Shown one piece after another: positions 26,281 to 39,206 of a stretch of DNA of 64,000 nucleotides; the stretch's first letter is position 1; the number at the start of each line of letters is the position of its first letter. Position numbers and translations under genes: made by a program. The stretch comes from Heptranchias perlo (Eukaryota), in assembly GCF_035084215.1 (NCBI RefSeq), contig NC_090361.1, positions 9,300,001-9,364,000 of the forward strand, read 5' to 3'. The notes beneath the pieces were generated by a model. The model had not been told where the DNA came from, made no database searches, and worked only from the letters and a program-made list of their open reading frames with translations.

Positions 26281-27467
26281 TACAGTTGAAGTACATACAC
26301 TATCTCACGCTGCACAATTAAAGGAATCTGCGACTAATACATTCATCACAGATTAAAACTCCTTGTGACCAGTGTAATCTGTTCATTTTCATCGTTATCT
26401 TCACCCTGTTCCTTATCACAACGCTCAGTGGAGGAACAAAAAAAAAATTAGAAGTCAAATAAGGAGCAAGAATGACTGCTACAAATCAAATAGGGAGAAA
26501 GGTGAAGGAGTTTATTGGGATGAGTCCAGAAACATGTTCAAAGGGTGGACAGAGGGGTAACAAGAGATTTGGAAAAGTGTGTTTCCAGACAGAAAACTCA
26601 ACAGTAAGAAATATTTTCAGTATTTTAAGGATAGGAGGACAGTTAGAGAAAAGCAGAGATCTATAAACGGTGTAAAGAGAGCTGAAATAGAAAATGAACA
26701 CAAGATAGTTAATATTCTGAATGATTACTGCCTCCAAGTATTCACAAGGGAAGACATGAGTAACAGGCCCGTCCTAAGTAGCAATAACCTTTGATATAAG
26801 TGAGATGCAAGTCTGAAACAGGCTAAAGGGGCTGCAAACAAATCCCCAGGGATAGATGACATTCATCCCAGAGATAAAAACAGGGACAAGGAAGGAGAAT
26901 TGTGAGCTATGGCTGGTGACTATGAGGGAGTCGATCGATACTGTGGAGGTATCGTTTGATTGGAAACATGCTAACTTGGTGCCCATTCTCAAGAAGAGGA
27001 ATGCATCAGATGCAGGCATCTATAGCCCCATTGGTCTTAGTTTTGGATGGGCAATCATCTTCGAACGACACCCCAAAAATCTTTGTTTATAAATGCAAGT
27101 CCAGTTTTGTCACCTACTCCTGTGCTCCATGACGTGGAGGCGTTAGTTACTGAGGTTATTTGAGGTTTTAGATGAGCTTTCTTCATCAGAAAACCAAACG
27201 TCAGAACTCAAACCAAGATCCCTACCTCAATCCACTCCTGTTCCCCCTGTTCAGCTTTGGCCTCGGCAAAAAATGGCAACCTTAGAGGTTGTAAATCTCC
27301 ACCACAGCACGAGTCACAGCCTTCAGGAGAAACGGGGGGAAATGGAAGCTAGAGAAAAGTATAATAATGGAGATTGATAACTCACAAGCAGCACTTCCAC
27401 AATGGGCTCGCACGGTGAACATTGTTAATTTGCTGCTGCCTGGTCGCATCCCCATTTGTTTTGTCCC

Positions 27468-28142
27468 AAATCATTGAAAGCCTGCAGACAGGTACAAGGA
27501 GCAATCAAAAAGGCTAATGGAATGTTGGCCTTTAATCTCAAGGGGGCTGGATTACAAAGGGGAGGAGGTTATGCTTCAGTTGTACAGAGCTGTAGTCAGA
27601 CCCCATCTGGAATACTACATTCAGTTTTGAGCACTACACCCCAGAAAGGATATATTGGCCTTGGAGGGGGTGCAGCGCAGATTTACCAAACGATATCAGG
27701 GCTTAAGGGGTTAAATTATGAGGCCTGGTTGCATAAACTTGGCTTGAGTACAGGAGACTGAAGGATGATCTGATCAAGGAGTTTAAAATGTTAAAAGGAT
27801 TTGATAGGGTAGATATAGAGAAACTATTTCCTCTGATGGGGGAATCAAGAACAAGGGGACATAATCTTAAAATTAGAGCCAGGCCCTTTAGGAGGGAAAT
27901 CAGGAAGCACTTCTTCATACAATGAGTCGTAGAAATCTGGAACTCTCTCCCTCAAAAGGCTCTGGATGCTGGGGGACAATTGGAGCTTTTCAGGGTGAGA
28001 TCGACAGCTTTTTGTTGGGTAAGGGTTTCAAGGGATATGGAGCAAAGATGGGAAAATGGAGTTAAGATACAGGTCACCCATGAGCTAATTGAATGGCGGA
28101 GCAGGCTCAAGGGGCTGAATGGCCTACTCCTGTTCCTATGTT
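27468..28142 (+). mobile_element. CR1 LINE 3' portion
   Basis: [15 protein letters not shown] motif, 'aactatttcctctgatggggga' and CR1 tail. Confidence 0.85.
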
Positions 28143-28520
28143 CCACAAGCCTATTAATGGCCCAGTTTCAAAATCAATGCATTCTGATAATGGTACACTA
28201 TGACACACCTCTCGATCTATCCCTGTCTATCTCCTTCTTTCTCTTACTTTCTTTACTTCTTCCTTGTATCTTTAATCATTTTCCTGTAAAATAAATTCTG
28301 GTAGATGTGGAAACATTGCTGGGAGTGAGTTGCTGTCATTTCGCTGCTGTGTACTGTGTTTAAGGGTGTGTTTTGTGGCTTGCCCAGTTTATTATCCTCT
28401 TGATTACAGTTAGAAATACTAGTCTCGTGGTTTGACTCACGTGTATGTTATCCACCTTCACAGATCCTGTTTCACTCTCACTATGATCTCATGGACTCAC
28501 ACAAACAGAGTGACATCTGG

Positions 28521-28537
28521 AGTGCCCTCTGCAGGCC
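28521..28537 (-). promoter_or_regulatory. Candidate CTCF site
   Basis: Minus strand GGCCTGCAGAGGGCACT resembles the CTCF core GGCCACCAGGGGGCGCT. An AP-1 motif (TGACTCA) lies at about 28433. Non-repetitive context. Confidence 0.35.
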
Positions 28538-29449
28538 GACAGAATAAAAGCAATAATGTGTAATTTAAATATTAATGTTAATAGCTGAATTTCTCTAAAG
28601 GGCTATCTATATTTTATCTATAACCTAGCAAGGAGTCAAAGTCTTCAGGAATAGAAGAGGGGTGTGGAGAAAATGGGCAAAATAAATTCCCTTTTCATTT
28701 TTCTGATCTTAAAAGAGCTGTAATTAACTATGATACAGTTGTGTTTATTTTATTCAACTATTTCTGCTGAATATTTTTGCCTAAACAGCAAGTGGCTGGA
28801 ATATCATCCAAGGAGCAGGCTAACAGCACACACAAGAACTGAATTAACATGCACACACCTGGAATGATAAGGTCGCTGAAGCACTTTAGGTTAACAATCA
28901 TCACTACTGTGGTGGTGAGAATTTAGTTCGGTCGCAATGTTGGGCTCACAAAATAAATAAGGATGAGGAAAGACATCTGGCTCATATTAGCTCAAACACC
29001 TTGAAAAACCTACAGTGCCTTCATCACAATATCCAACTGTCTCTTAAATGGCTCCAGGGTGTTTATAAGGAAACATGGTCTGACAGTGTCACTGCCCCAT
29101 CTATATCTCGCTCTCCGAGGGGGGGCGACTTGCTGGGAGGGTGGGAACGCTGAATTTGTCCTCAGTGCCAAGTTTGGGACTGGATGGTAAATGTCATGGA
29201 CTTATATGGCAGTGGGGATCTGCAACGGGCCCACTTGGATTTTGTCATCACCTGATGTTTATGGATATCCACTTCCAGCAGAGATGGGAGTTAGGGATTT
29301 GCTGTAATATCCTTTATTTATTTTCTCTACAGCATGTTTTTTGTTTGAACAGGAAATGGTTTAAATATTATCTGCGGGGCTGGCTAACTCTACAGCACTG
29401 GGCTGGATCAGCAGATAGCCCTGCAACTACAGGCTACACGGAGATTGCT

Positions 29450-29845
29450 CAGAGACTTGTGCACATAATCTAGGCTGACACTCGTCGTGCAGTATTGAGG
29501 GAGTGCTGCGTTGTCGGAGGAGGCGTCTTTTGGATGAGACGTTAAACCGAGGCCCCATCTGCCCTCTCAGGTGGATGTAAAAGATCCCATGGCACTATTT
29601 CAAAGAAGAGCTGGGGAGTTCTCCCCGGGGTTCTGGACAATATTTATCCCTCAATCAACACATAAAACAGATTATCTGGTCATTATCACATTGCTGTTTG
29701 CGGGACCTTGCTGTGCACGAATTAGCTGCTGCGTTCCCTACATTACAAAAGTGACTACATTTCAAAAAGTACTTCATTGGTTGTAAAGCGCTTTGGGAAG
29801 TCCTGAGGTTGTGAAAGGCGCTATATACATGCAAGTCTTTCTTTC
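29450..29845 (+). mobile_element. Deu-domain SINE (head truncated)
   Basis: Core and L2-type tail similar to the other copies. Confidence 0.8.
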
Positions 29846-29889
29846 TATGATGATCTTCAGTTTGGTCAGGCAATCTTACAAATAACATC

Positions 29890-29993
29890 TTCCAGTTCTG
29901 ACGAAGGGTCTTCGACCTGAAACATTAACTCTCTTTCTTTCTCCACAGATGCTGCCTGACTTGCTGAGCTTCCCCAGCACTTTCTGTTTTTAT
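29890..29993 (+). mobile_element. Second Penelope-type terminal repeat with minimal hammerhead motif
   Basis: agtt-CTGACGA-agggtc-ttc-gacct-GAAA-catt-aact, followed by 'ctccacagatgctgcctgac...'. Confidence 0.6.
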
Positions 29994-31009
29994 TACAAAT
30001 GAGGGCTGTGGACTCCTCCATAGGTACTCCCAAACTCTACAGCTTGGCACACTCTCAAATGTGATGCTGCTGAGCTACCAAAGTATCTTTGTAGGCGGGC
30101 ACCATGAGATCCGAATCCCTGGGCTCAGTAGGTTACATCATCTGCAGTTCTTCTTGTACTTGTTCCTCCTCACCCATGCTCTGTGCTTCACCAAGTTGCC
30201 CCTTCACTAACTGACCAGTAGATAGATCAATGATGGTGCTTGCTTCTGTACGTGCAGGGTGCAGTGAGGTACTCAGTTGAGGTTGTCACCTCCTTCTCTT
30301 GGGCACCTCGACCAGTGGAAAGAGGACATATTTCACAATGCCTGCAGCAAGACATTGCGTGAAGTATAGCTCCACCTGCCAGCCTAGCAAAAGCTGACAG
30401 CTTCAATAAACTGACTCGGCACCCACCGTCCACCCACAACACAAACAAAAAGCTGACAACTTTAAAAGCATCTGACAGCTCAGAAACAGACTCGCTATGG
30501 GGCTAATGAGCGAGACCAATGTTTTAAGGTGACTGAACAAGTTAAGTTGGGATTTCAGCCAATGCTTTGAGGGATCATCTGCGCAAAGGAGCACATTTCA
30601 GAAATGCCCAGAACAGTAACTTCAAGGCAGTTTTCATCCAATGTCATTGATGAAGACACTGAACAGGATGGGTGACCATGGCGGAATACCAGCCGGGTAC
30701 TAGTTGGGATACTGTAATTCACCTCAGCGTGGAGGCCAATGAGAGGGCAAATCAGTCTGGTTTGACATTGCTTCTGGCTTCTATTGGCCCTTAGAAGTGG
30801 ACATTGCCTGAACATTGATTCAGGGTTAAATAAGACAATGGTTTGGATTGGCTGCCAAGTGTGCAGGTTGACACCTGGGTGACTTTGTGAAGGTGAACTC
30901 GAGTCTTCAGAACTGTTCTATAGTGAGGAGTAGATGCCTTGGAGAAGAATATATAAAAATAAACAGTAAATTTAGTAATAATGCAATTTGTGGATGGAGA
31001 AGTTTTGAA

Positions 31010-31385
31010 AAAAAGAACTTGCATTTATATAGTGCCTTTCATGGCCTCAGGACTTCCCAAAGCACCTTACAGCCAATTAAGTACTTTTGAAGTGTAGTTA
31101 CTGTTGTAATGTTGGAAACACGGCAGACAATTTGCGCACAGCAAGATCCCACACACAGCAATGTGTTGATGACCAGATAATCTGCTATAGTGATGTTGGT
31201 TGAGGGATAAATATTGGCCTGGACACCGGGAGTACTCCCCTGCACTTGAAATAATGTCATGGGATCTTTTGCATCCATCTAAGAGGGCAGACAGGGCCTC
31301 GGTTTTATGTCTCATCTGGAAGACGGCACCTCCAACAGTGCAGCACTCCCTCAGTACTAGATTTTGTGCTGAAGTCTCTGGAAGG
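31010..31385 (-). mobile_element. Deu-domain SINE
   Basis: Reverse complement of the SINE core and tail. Confidence 0.8.
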
Positions 31386-31782
31386 GTATGTGCTGAGGTA
31401 CTGAAGGGCTGCTGGCGCCAGTGAAACACTCCAACTGCAGGAGTCGGTGCCTTTGGTGGGGGGGGGGGGAAGGGGTAACCGTGATGCTCTGATCCATCGG
31501 CCCAGTTTTGGCCATGCTGGAAATTCCTGATGCTGAGACTGCACATGTTAACATCTGAGAAGTTAAACAACAATTCACTTTTATTGGTCATTTTAAAGCA
31601 GGACAATGTTGACATTGTCCTTCCAAAATCTCACAGTGTGACCCTTGTTTGACATTCGGGTCACAGCCCCTCACTGAAACCTACAGCATGAGGCTTCAAA
31701 GAATAATGACTAAAATCTGCGACAGTCTGCCTGTTGATGGGAGAGGTTTCAATTGGTATTTTAATGTACCCTTTAATGGACT

Positions 31783-33272
31783 TAGAGTCATAGAGTTATA
31801 CAGCACGGATAGAGGCCCTTCGGCCCATCGTGTCCGCGCCGGCCATCAAGCCCTGTCTAATCTAATCCCATATTCCAGCATTTGGTCCGTAGCCTTGTAT
31901 GCTATGGCATTTCAAGTGCTCATCCAAATGCTTCTTGAATGTTGTGAGGGTTCCTGCCTCCACAACCCTTTCAGGCAGTGAGTTCCAGACTCCAACCACC
32001 CTCTGGGTGAAAAAGTTCTTTCTCAAATCCCCTCTAAACCTCCCGCCTTTTACCTTGAATCTATGCCCCCTTGTTATAGAACCCTCAACGAAGGGAAAAA
32101 GCTCCTTAGTATCCATCCTATCTGTGCCCCTCATAATTTTGTACACCTCAATCATGTCCCCCCTCAGCCTCCTCTGCTCCAAGGAAAACAAACCCAATCT
32201 TCCCAGTCTCTCTTCATAGCTGAAGCGCTCCAGCCCTGGTAACATCCTGGTGAATCTCCTCTGCACCCTCTCCAAAGCGATCACATCCTTCCTGTAGTGT
32301 GGCGACCAGAACTGCACACAGTACTCCAGCTGTGGCCTAACCAGTGTTTTATACAGCTCCATCATAACCTCCTTGCTCTTATATTCTATGCCTCGGCTAA
32401 GAAAGGCAAGTATCCCATATGCCTTCTTTACCACCTTATCTACTGTTCCGCCGCCTTCAGGGATCTGTGAACTTGCACACCAAGATCCCTCTGACCCTCT
32501 GTCTTGCCTAGGGTCCTCCCATTCATTGTGTATTCCCTTGCCTTGTTAGTCCCTCCAAAGTGCATCACCTCGCACTTTTCCGGGTTAAATTCCATTTGCC
32601 ACTGTTCCGCCCATCTGACCAACCCATCTATATCGTCCTGCAGACTGAGGCTATCCTCCTCGCTATTTACCACCCTACCAATTTTTGTATCATCAGCGAA
32701 CTTACTGATCATACCTTTTACATTCATATCCAAGTCGTTAATGTAGACCACAAACAGCAAGGGACCCAGCACCGATCCCTGTGGTACCCCACTGGCCACA
32801 GGCTTCCAGTCACAAAAACAACCTTCGACCATCACCCTCTACCTTCTGCCACTAAGCCAGTTTTGTATCCAAAGTGCCAAGGCACCCTGGATTCCATGGG
32901 CTCGTACCTTCTTGACCAGTCTCCTGTGCGGGACTTTATCGAAGGCCTTACTGAAATCCATGTATATCACATCCACTGCGTTACCCTCATCCACACGCCT
33001 AGTCACCCCCTCAAAAAATTCAATCAAATTAGTCAGACATGATCTTCCCTTGACAAAGCCATGTTGACTATCCCTGATTAATCCTTGCTTCTCCAAGTGG
33101 AGACTAATTTTGTCCTTCAGAATTTTTTCCAATAATTTTCCTACCACTGATGTTAGGCTCACTGGCCTGTAGTTCCCCGGTTTTTCCCTACTCCCCTTCT
33201 TGAATAATGGTACTACATTAGCGGTTCTCCAGTCCTCTGGCACATCCCCTGTGGCCAGAGAGGTTCTGAATA
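31783..33272 (-). mobile_element. Young CR1 LINE, 5'-truncated ORF2 (RT) interrupted by stops
   Basis: ORFs 32839-33306, 32440-32835 and 31862-32434: VPEDWRTANVVPLFKKG, YMDFSKAFDKVPH, GVPQGSVLGPLLF, SKFADDTK, WNSLPERVVEA. Confidence 0.95.
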
Positions 33273-34519
33273 TATGTGACTTGTTTGGGACCACAGGAGT
33301 GCACATCGCCCTGAGGGGAGGGAGATGATGGGGCAGATGGAGTTGCAGAGACCCCCCAGAATTCTTCTACATTGTACCTGAATCCTGACTTCAGATCCAT
33401 GTCTTGCCAATGCCTCTGTGACCCTTCTCATCCCTGTAACAATCACTTTGCTGGAATAAAGTTGCCCATTTAAAGAAGGAGTCAGGTTGTTCTTGAGGGC
33501 TGAGATTCCCCTGGAAGTGTTTGTTTCAACAACTGATTCTCCCTGGCATCACTTCAGTGTAGGTCGGTCTCAGGTATATGTGAATCAAACTGCTGTACCA
33601 TCATTGCCCACTTGAGGGCAGCTGTGAGCATAGACAATAGTCGCAGCTGATAACAATGAGCCATCCTTGTTAAAGACAAATCAAGTTAGATTAGAAACTT
33701 GAAACACAAACTCAGTGCAAATCTGAGTAATTATGTACATGCAGTTGAAATAAATGCAAATGAGAGAATTAATTTGATACATCTGGCTCATCTTTCTAAT
33801 GATACTTTAAAAAGTCCCCTCCCGCAGGTATAGCATTGATTGAGTGATGGCAGAATTCTTGTTTCTATCACTCTGCCCAGATATTCAAGTCAGGGAGTCA
33901 TTGTTCTTTTTGTGACGTGCTTCCTGGCTGCTGCTCTAAACCCTTGGTATTAGTTTCTGCCTCCTTTTAATAATATTTACCTATGTCCCATTGTCCTACA
34001 GTTGTATTGCAAGTTAATAGTGCTCAGGATTAAGCTTTTCTATTTCCCCCTTTCCCTCCGCCCCCTTTCCTCTCTTTCTTCCCCCCCCCCCCCCCCCCTT
34101 CTGTCTTGTAGCCATCCTTGGGACGTATTGACAATGCGAGTGTAGCGTCAGTGGTTTGTTTTTGGTAACTCTCCAATTGTAGTGTAACGTCAGCCCGAGA
34201 ACAGTATCCTGTCCTGAGCAGACACCCGAAGGAAGTTGAGGGAGACTCCTTAAGGAAAGGGGGAGTTGGGGGGCTGCTAATTCTTTTGTCAGTTTTGAAG
34301 TGAGATGTCTCCACTGTGCACACTGGTCTGGTAACATTATTCAGCTTCTCATTATTGACTGGCTGGCTTGTCTCAGTAATGGAATGTGAAGGCGTCAATA
34401 TAAGTCATCCATTCTAAACTCGGTCTTGAATAAGCCGCAATTTTCTCCAGTTAAACATTAAGGAGATTGAAGCCATCGTCTTTCAGCCCCTGCCACAAAC
34501 TCCTAGCCATGGATTGCAT

Positions 34520-35180
34520 CCCCCTCCCAGTCCATTGTCTCAGACTGAACCAGGCTGTTTGCAACCTTGGCATCCCATTCGACTCAGCTGAGCTACTGAC
34601 CCCACGGACTCTCCGTCACAAAGCTTGCCTACTTCCACCTCTGTAATGTCAGCCGCCTCCATCCCCACATCAGCCACTGAAACCATCATCCATGCCTTTA
34701 TCACCTCCAGATGTGATTATTCCACGACTCTCCTGGCCAGTCTCCCATCTTCCACCCTCTATAATTTTCAATTCATCCAAAACTCTGCCCACATCCTGTC
34801 CTCACTGACCTGCATTGGCTCCTGGTCTCCCGGTGCCTCAAATTTAAAATTCTCATCCTCGTGTTTAAATCACTACATGAATTCGACCTTCCTTTTTCTC
34901 CCTAACTTCCTCCGGCCCTATAACCTCACCCCCGACCTCTTCATTCTTCTGATTCTGGCCTCTTGTGCACCTCTGCCCCTTCGTCCCACAAATGATGACC
35001 AGGCCTATGCTCTATAATTCCCTCCCTTAAGCCCCCCCAGCCCCCTCTCATCCTTTAAACCCAAAGCTTTTGGTTCCCCCTCCTCCTATCTCCTTCTTTA
35101 TCTCAGTATTCATTTTTTTCTGATTACGCCTCTGTGAAGTGCCTTGAATGTTTTTTCTACGTTGAAGGCATGTTGTTATT
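34520..35180 (+). mobile_element. Decayed L2 LINE 3' portion
   Basis: ORF 34625-35017 (TETIIHAFITSRCDYS..LLASLP). Confidence 0.7.
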
Positions 35181-35584
35181 GTATTGATCCCATCCATCAA
35201 GATTTAAAACCATGTATGCCCGAATCTTGATGAAGTGGGGTCCATGCATGTGCACCCCAAACGTCCTTGGAATGGGGTCCATGCATGAATTATGAGGACC
35301 CTGGTGGGATTGGTCTGGATCTGGATGGAGATTTGGATTACACATGCATTGACCCCATTCCATTGAGATTGGAATAGTGTGGGTAATCTAAATCACAGTG
35401 GGAGCAGTGTGTGCAGGCTAGATCCCCGTGGATTGTGTCTGTGTGTGTAACATGGATTCTAATGAGATGAGATATGTGTGTACCCCAGTTTCTGATGGGT
35501 TGGGGTCAGTCAGCGTGTGCCCCAAATCTCCATGGGATGTCACTGCGTGAGTTACCAGGATCCTGATGGGATGGAGTCAATGAG

Positions 35585-36446
35585 TTTTTTTTTTATTCGT
35601 TCATGGGATGCGGGCGTCGCTGGCAAGGCCAGCATTTATTGCCCATCCCTAATTTCCCTTGAGAAGGTGGTGGTGAGCCGCCTTCTTGAACCGCTGCAGT
35701 CCGTGTGGTAACGGTTCTCCCACAGTGCTGTTAGGAAGGGAGTTCCAGGATTTTGACCCAGCGACGATGAAGGTACGGTGATATATTTCCAAGTCGGGAT
35801 GGTGTGTGACTTGGAGGGGAACGTGCAGGTGGTGATGTTCCCATGTGCCTGCTGCCCTTGTCCTTCTAGGTGGTAGAGGTCGCGGGTTTGGGAGGTGCTG
35901 TCGAAGAAGCCTTGGCGAGTTGCTGCAGTGCATCCTGTGGATGATACACACTGCAGCCACAGTGCGCCAGTAGTGAAGGGAGTGAATGTTTAGGGTGGTG
36001 GATGGGGTGCCAATCAATCGGGCTGCTTTGTCCTGGATGGTGTTGAGCTTCTTGAGTGTTGTTGGAGCTGCACTCGTCCAAGCAAGTGGAGAGTATTCCA
36101 TCACACTCCTGACTTGTGCCTTGTAGATGGTGGAAAGGCTTTGGGGAGTCAGCAGGTGAGTCACTCGCTGCAGAATACCCAGCCTCTGACCTGCTCTCGT
36201 AGCCACAATATTTATGTGGCTGATCCAGTTAAGTTTCTGGTCAATGGTGACCCCCAGGATGTTGATGGTGGGGGATTCGGTGATGGTAATACCGTTGAAT
36301 GTCAAGGGGAGGTGGTTAGACTCTCTCTTGTTGGAGATGGTCATTGCCTGGCACTTGTCTGGCGCGAATGTTACTTGCCACTTATCAGCCCAAGCCTGGA
36401 TGTTGTCCAGGTCTTGCTGCATGCGGGCACGGACTGCTTCATTATC
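35585..36446 (-). mobile_element. CR1/Jockey-group LINE 3' portion (same family as 15587-17130)
   Basis: ORF 35649-36422 is nearly identical to the C-terminus of 16099-17079; poly(T) at 35585-35594. Confidence 0.9.
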
Positions 36447-37569
36447 CCTAGATTCTGATTGGATGAGGTCAGTGAGTAGATCCTGATGGGCTGATGTGTG
36501 ACTCAGATCTTTGTGAATCGATATTAATTTTGTGCTTGGCTACAGAAATTTGAAGTGAGCTACCAACTTTGTGTAATCAGTAGTGCATTGATTACTGGGA
36601 AATCTTAAATCAGTCAATTTATACGGTGGATTGTTTCTGAGCTAGAAAGAATTACAGGACCAGTCCTGTAAAGGAAACATCCCTACTCACTGCTGATGAG
36701 TAACACATTAGTTTTGTCTCCTTGTTGGGAAAGATGATTTGATGATAAATGATTGCATCAAATCTTCCAGCGCTTCTGTAAAACGCAGACCACATCCTCA
36801 CACAGCTTTAAATTAATCGCTCTTCATAGCTCCGTGGGTGTGGCATCAGCTGTAACTGTATGGGTACCTGTTCACTGTGTATACTTCAGATCCTGATGGG
36901 AGAGGGCTCAATGTCTGTAACCAGGCCCAACAATGAGATGGGTTTAGTGTCTGTAACCTGATCCCTATGGAATGGTGTCTAACCAGATCCTTATGGAATT
37001 GGGACCAGAATCTGTAACCTGATCTGTATAGGATGGGGCCTGGTGCTGCAACCAGACTCCTATGGGATGGGGGTCAATGTAGATAACCTGCACTGTTGGA
37101 TGAAGGTTAAGAGCAGTGGACAGGGAGAGTAAGGAACAAATGTAATTGAAACAGTTTTAAAAATAAAAATGACTAATAGATTCCTGTAACTCTGGTCATC
37201 GAGTGCTAGAATCGAACCCAATGGCCCCAGCCTTGACCAATCAGTGCAATTCTTGGACCTGTAACAGGCTCTAACACTATCTGTGTACCTGTACCAATTG
37301 TAGAATGATATTGACGATGCCTGTCATATCCCAAATTGCCCAAGTTAACTGATGGTGTTGTCCACCTATCGTGACTGTGTTGCTGGTTGTGAAGATATGT
37401 GTGGCCTCCATGGCTCCACCGTCATTGGTTTGAGAGGACGACGAAAAGCTCTTAGTTCAACAATTGTCCGAAGAAACGAGACACGTTCCAATAGGATAAA
37501 AAAAACATGCCCCGTTGTACAAGGGAACAAGGACAGTAAAATAACCGATTGCACCAACACAGACACTCC

Positions 37570-37620
37570 CTCTTCCTGTTAAGGAGTATTGCACATAGTC
37601 ACTGAGCAGAAGGGAAGTAA
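37570..37620 (+). promoter_or_regulatory. Putative TATA-less ETS-site promoter of the IgSF receptor gene
   Basis: 'cttcctgtt' (minus ACAGGAAG) at about 37572 and 'agggaagta' at about 37611, just upstream of the leader ATG. Confidence 0.3.
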
Positions 37621-37635
37621 TCAGCAAAGGCGAAC

Positions 37636-37699
37636 ATGGATTGTCCAGGCATCATCTTGCTGGTTTGGCACTTGTCTCTCACTGGCCTTTATTTTGCAG
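37636..37699 (+). CDS. IgSF receptor exon 1: signal peptide
   Basis: MDCPGIILLVWHLSLTGLYFA then G|GTACAAG donor (phase 1), in frame with the V exon. ATG context aacATGg. Confidence 0.75.
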
Positions 37700-39206
37700 G
37701 TACAAGAATCAGATTTTGACTTTCTTTTTACTCTTTGCCTTTCATTCATCAGTGAGTCAGTTGTCGGTGGAGTTTGGGGGATGAAAAGCATGTTGGTTGG
37801 GCAGGGCAAGCAGTTTCTGATTTCGTTCTTAAATAGATTGTGCCTAATGGCAGAGTGAGTCACCTGGTCCTTTAATTGTGCGTTAAGGAGTGGGATTCTC
37901 TGGCAATAAGTCTGAAGTGTGTTGGGTTTAACTGGTCGTCCAATTGCTTTGCGAGAGAGGGGAGATTGCATTCAGCCTCGCACATTTGATTGCATCTATT
38001 TTTATTGTTTCTTCTCATTTCATTTTTTTATACTCAAGCTTTTTAGGGATCTTTAGTATTTCTATACAGTGATATGATTTATGGGGAAAAAAGGACAGGA
38101 TGTGGTAATGCAGTGTGGGCTGCCTGAGATGAATTTCCTTCAGCTAAATTTTGGGGAAAGAAGGAATGTCTACTTCACCTCCAGCCTCAACCCCATCAAT
38201 ATCTCCCTTGCCACCCAGGAACCTTGTGCACTGCTCGGCTCGAAGCTCAGTTTGTTCTCTGCGCCTACCTCACCTCACCTGCTGTGGAAACCCTTACCCT
38301 AGTCTTTATTACCTCAAGGCTTAACTTCTCCAGTGCCCTCGTTGCTGGCCTCCACCCTTCACAAGCTCCGACTCGTCTGCAGTCCATGTCCTGACCCACA
38401 GTAAGGGTGGCACTCTCGTCGTCAGCAAGTTGACTTCATAATCCTTCTCCTTACCTTCAAACCTCTCCATGGCTTCATGCCGCCCCACCTCCAAGACCTC
38501 CTCCAGCTGTATGTCCCGAGATACACTCTGGTCCTCCAACCCTAGTCTACTCGTCATTCCCCTACCTCTCCGTACCACCCACGCGCAGCTACTCTTTCAG
38601 GCACAATTCTCCCCCCTCCACCAGCGTCTCTTCCTTGTTGCCTCCATGCTGGACTTCAAAAGCCTCAGGAAGGCCTCTTCTCTTCAATCATGTTTTTGCC
38701 CCCAACGCTGCCCTTTTCCCTTCTATTTGTTCACTGCCCTGTACAGCACTCTGAGGCAGCTCCCTGGACGGAACGAGTGCGGCTCGGGACGCAACTTGTG
38801 ATTGTTGTTGTGTGTGATTGGAGACTGTGCTGGCGAGGGTTTCCCGTGATCGATTCAGTCCACTTTTTAAAAGAAGTATAATTTCCTGCCTTGCTCTGCT
38901 CTCCTGAAGGTGTTGATAGATGGGCACTCGTATCTGTCCCTAACCTCACCAAAGTGACCATTCTTCATGTGTGAGCCCAGACAATGAGTGTGGGTAGGCT
39001 TTGGATTGTCGGGGCCAATGAGATGGCGCAACTGGGAAACTGCACATCTTGCTGCGATGCTGAGGTCACTGGTTATGATCACCTGACCGTTTAAGTCCAC
39101 ATCATCTCGGGTGGTTCTCTTAACCTTTCACAGGTAGTTGAAATTATTCCATTTTAGAAAAAAATACCCATTACATTCCCTTGTGTATTTTAACTTGTTT
39201 TTCCAG

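Noticed and set aside
30300-30800. Possible gene on the minus strand
   Set aside because: Fragments PILFSVFINDI and LLCADD indicate a heavily decayed (probably RTE-type) reverse transcriptase; boundaries cannot be supported.
33881-33946. Hydrophobic stretch IVLFVTCFLAAALNP as the leader exon
   Set aside because: No ATG, and its donor phase is incompatible with the V exon. 37636-37699 fits.
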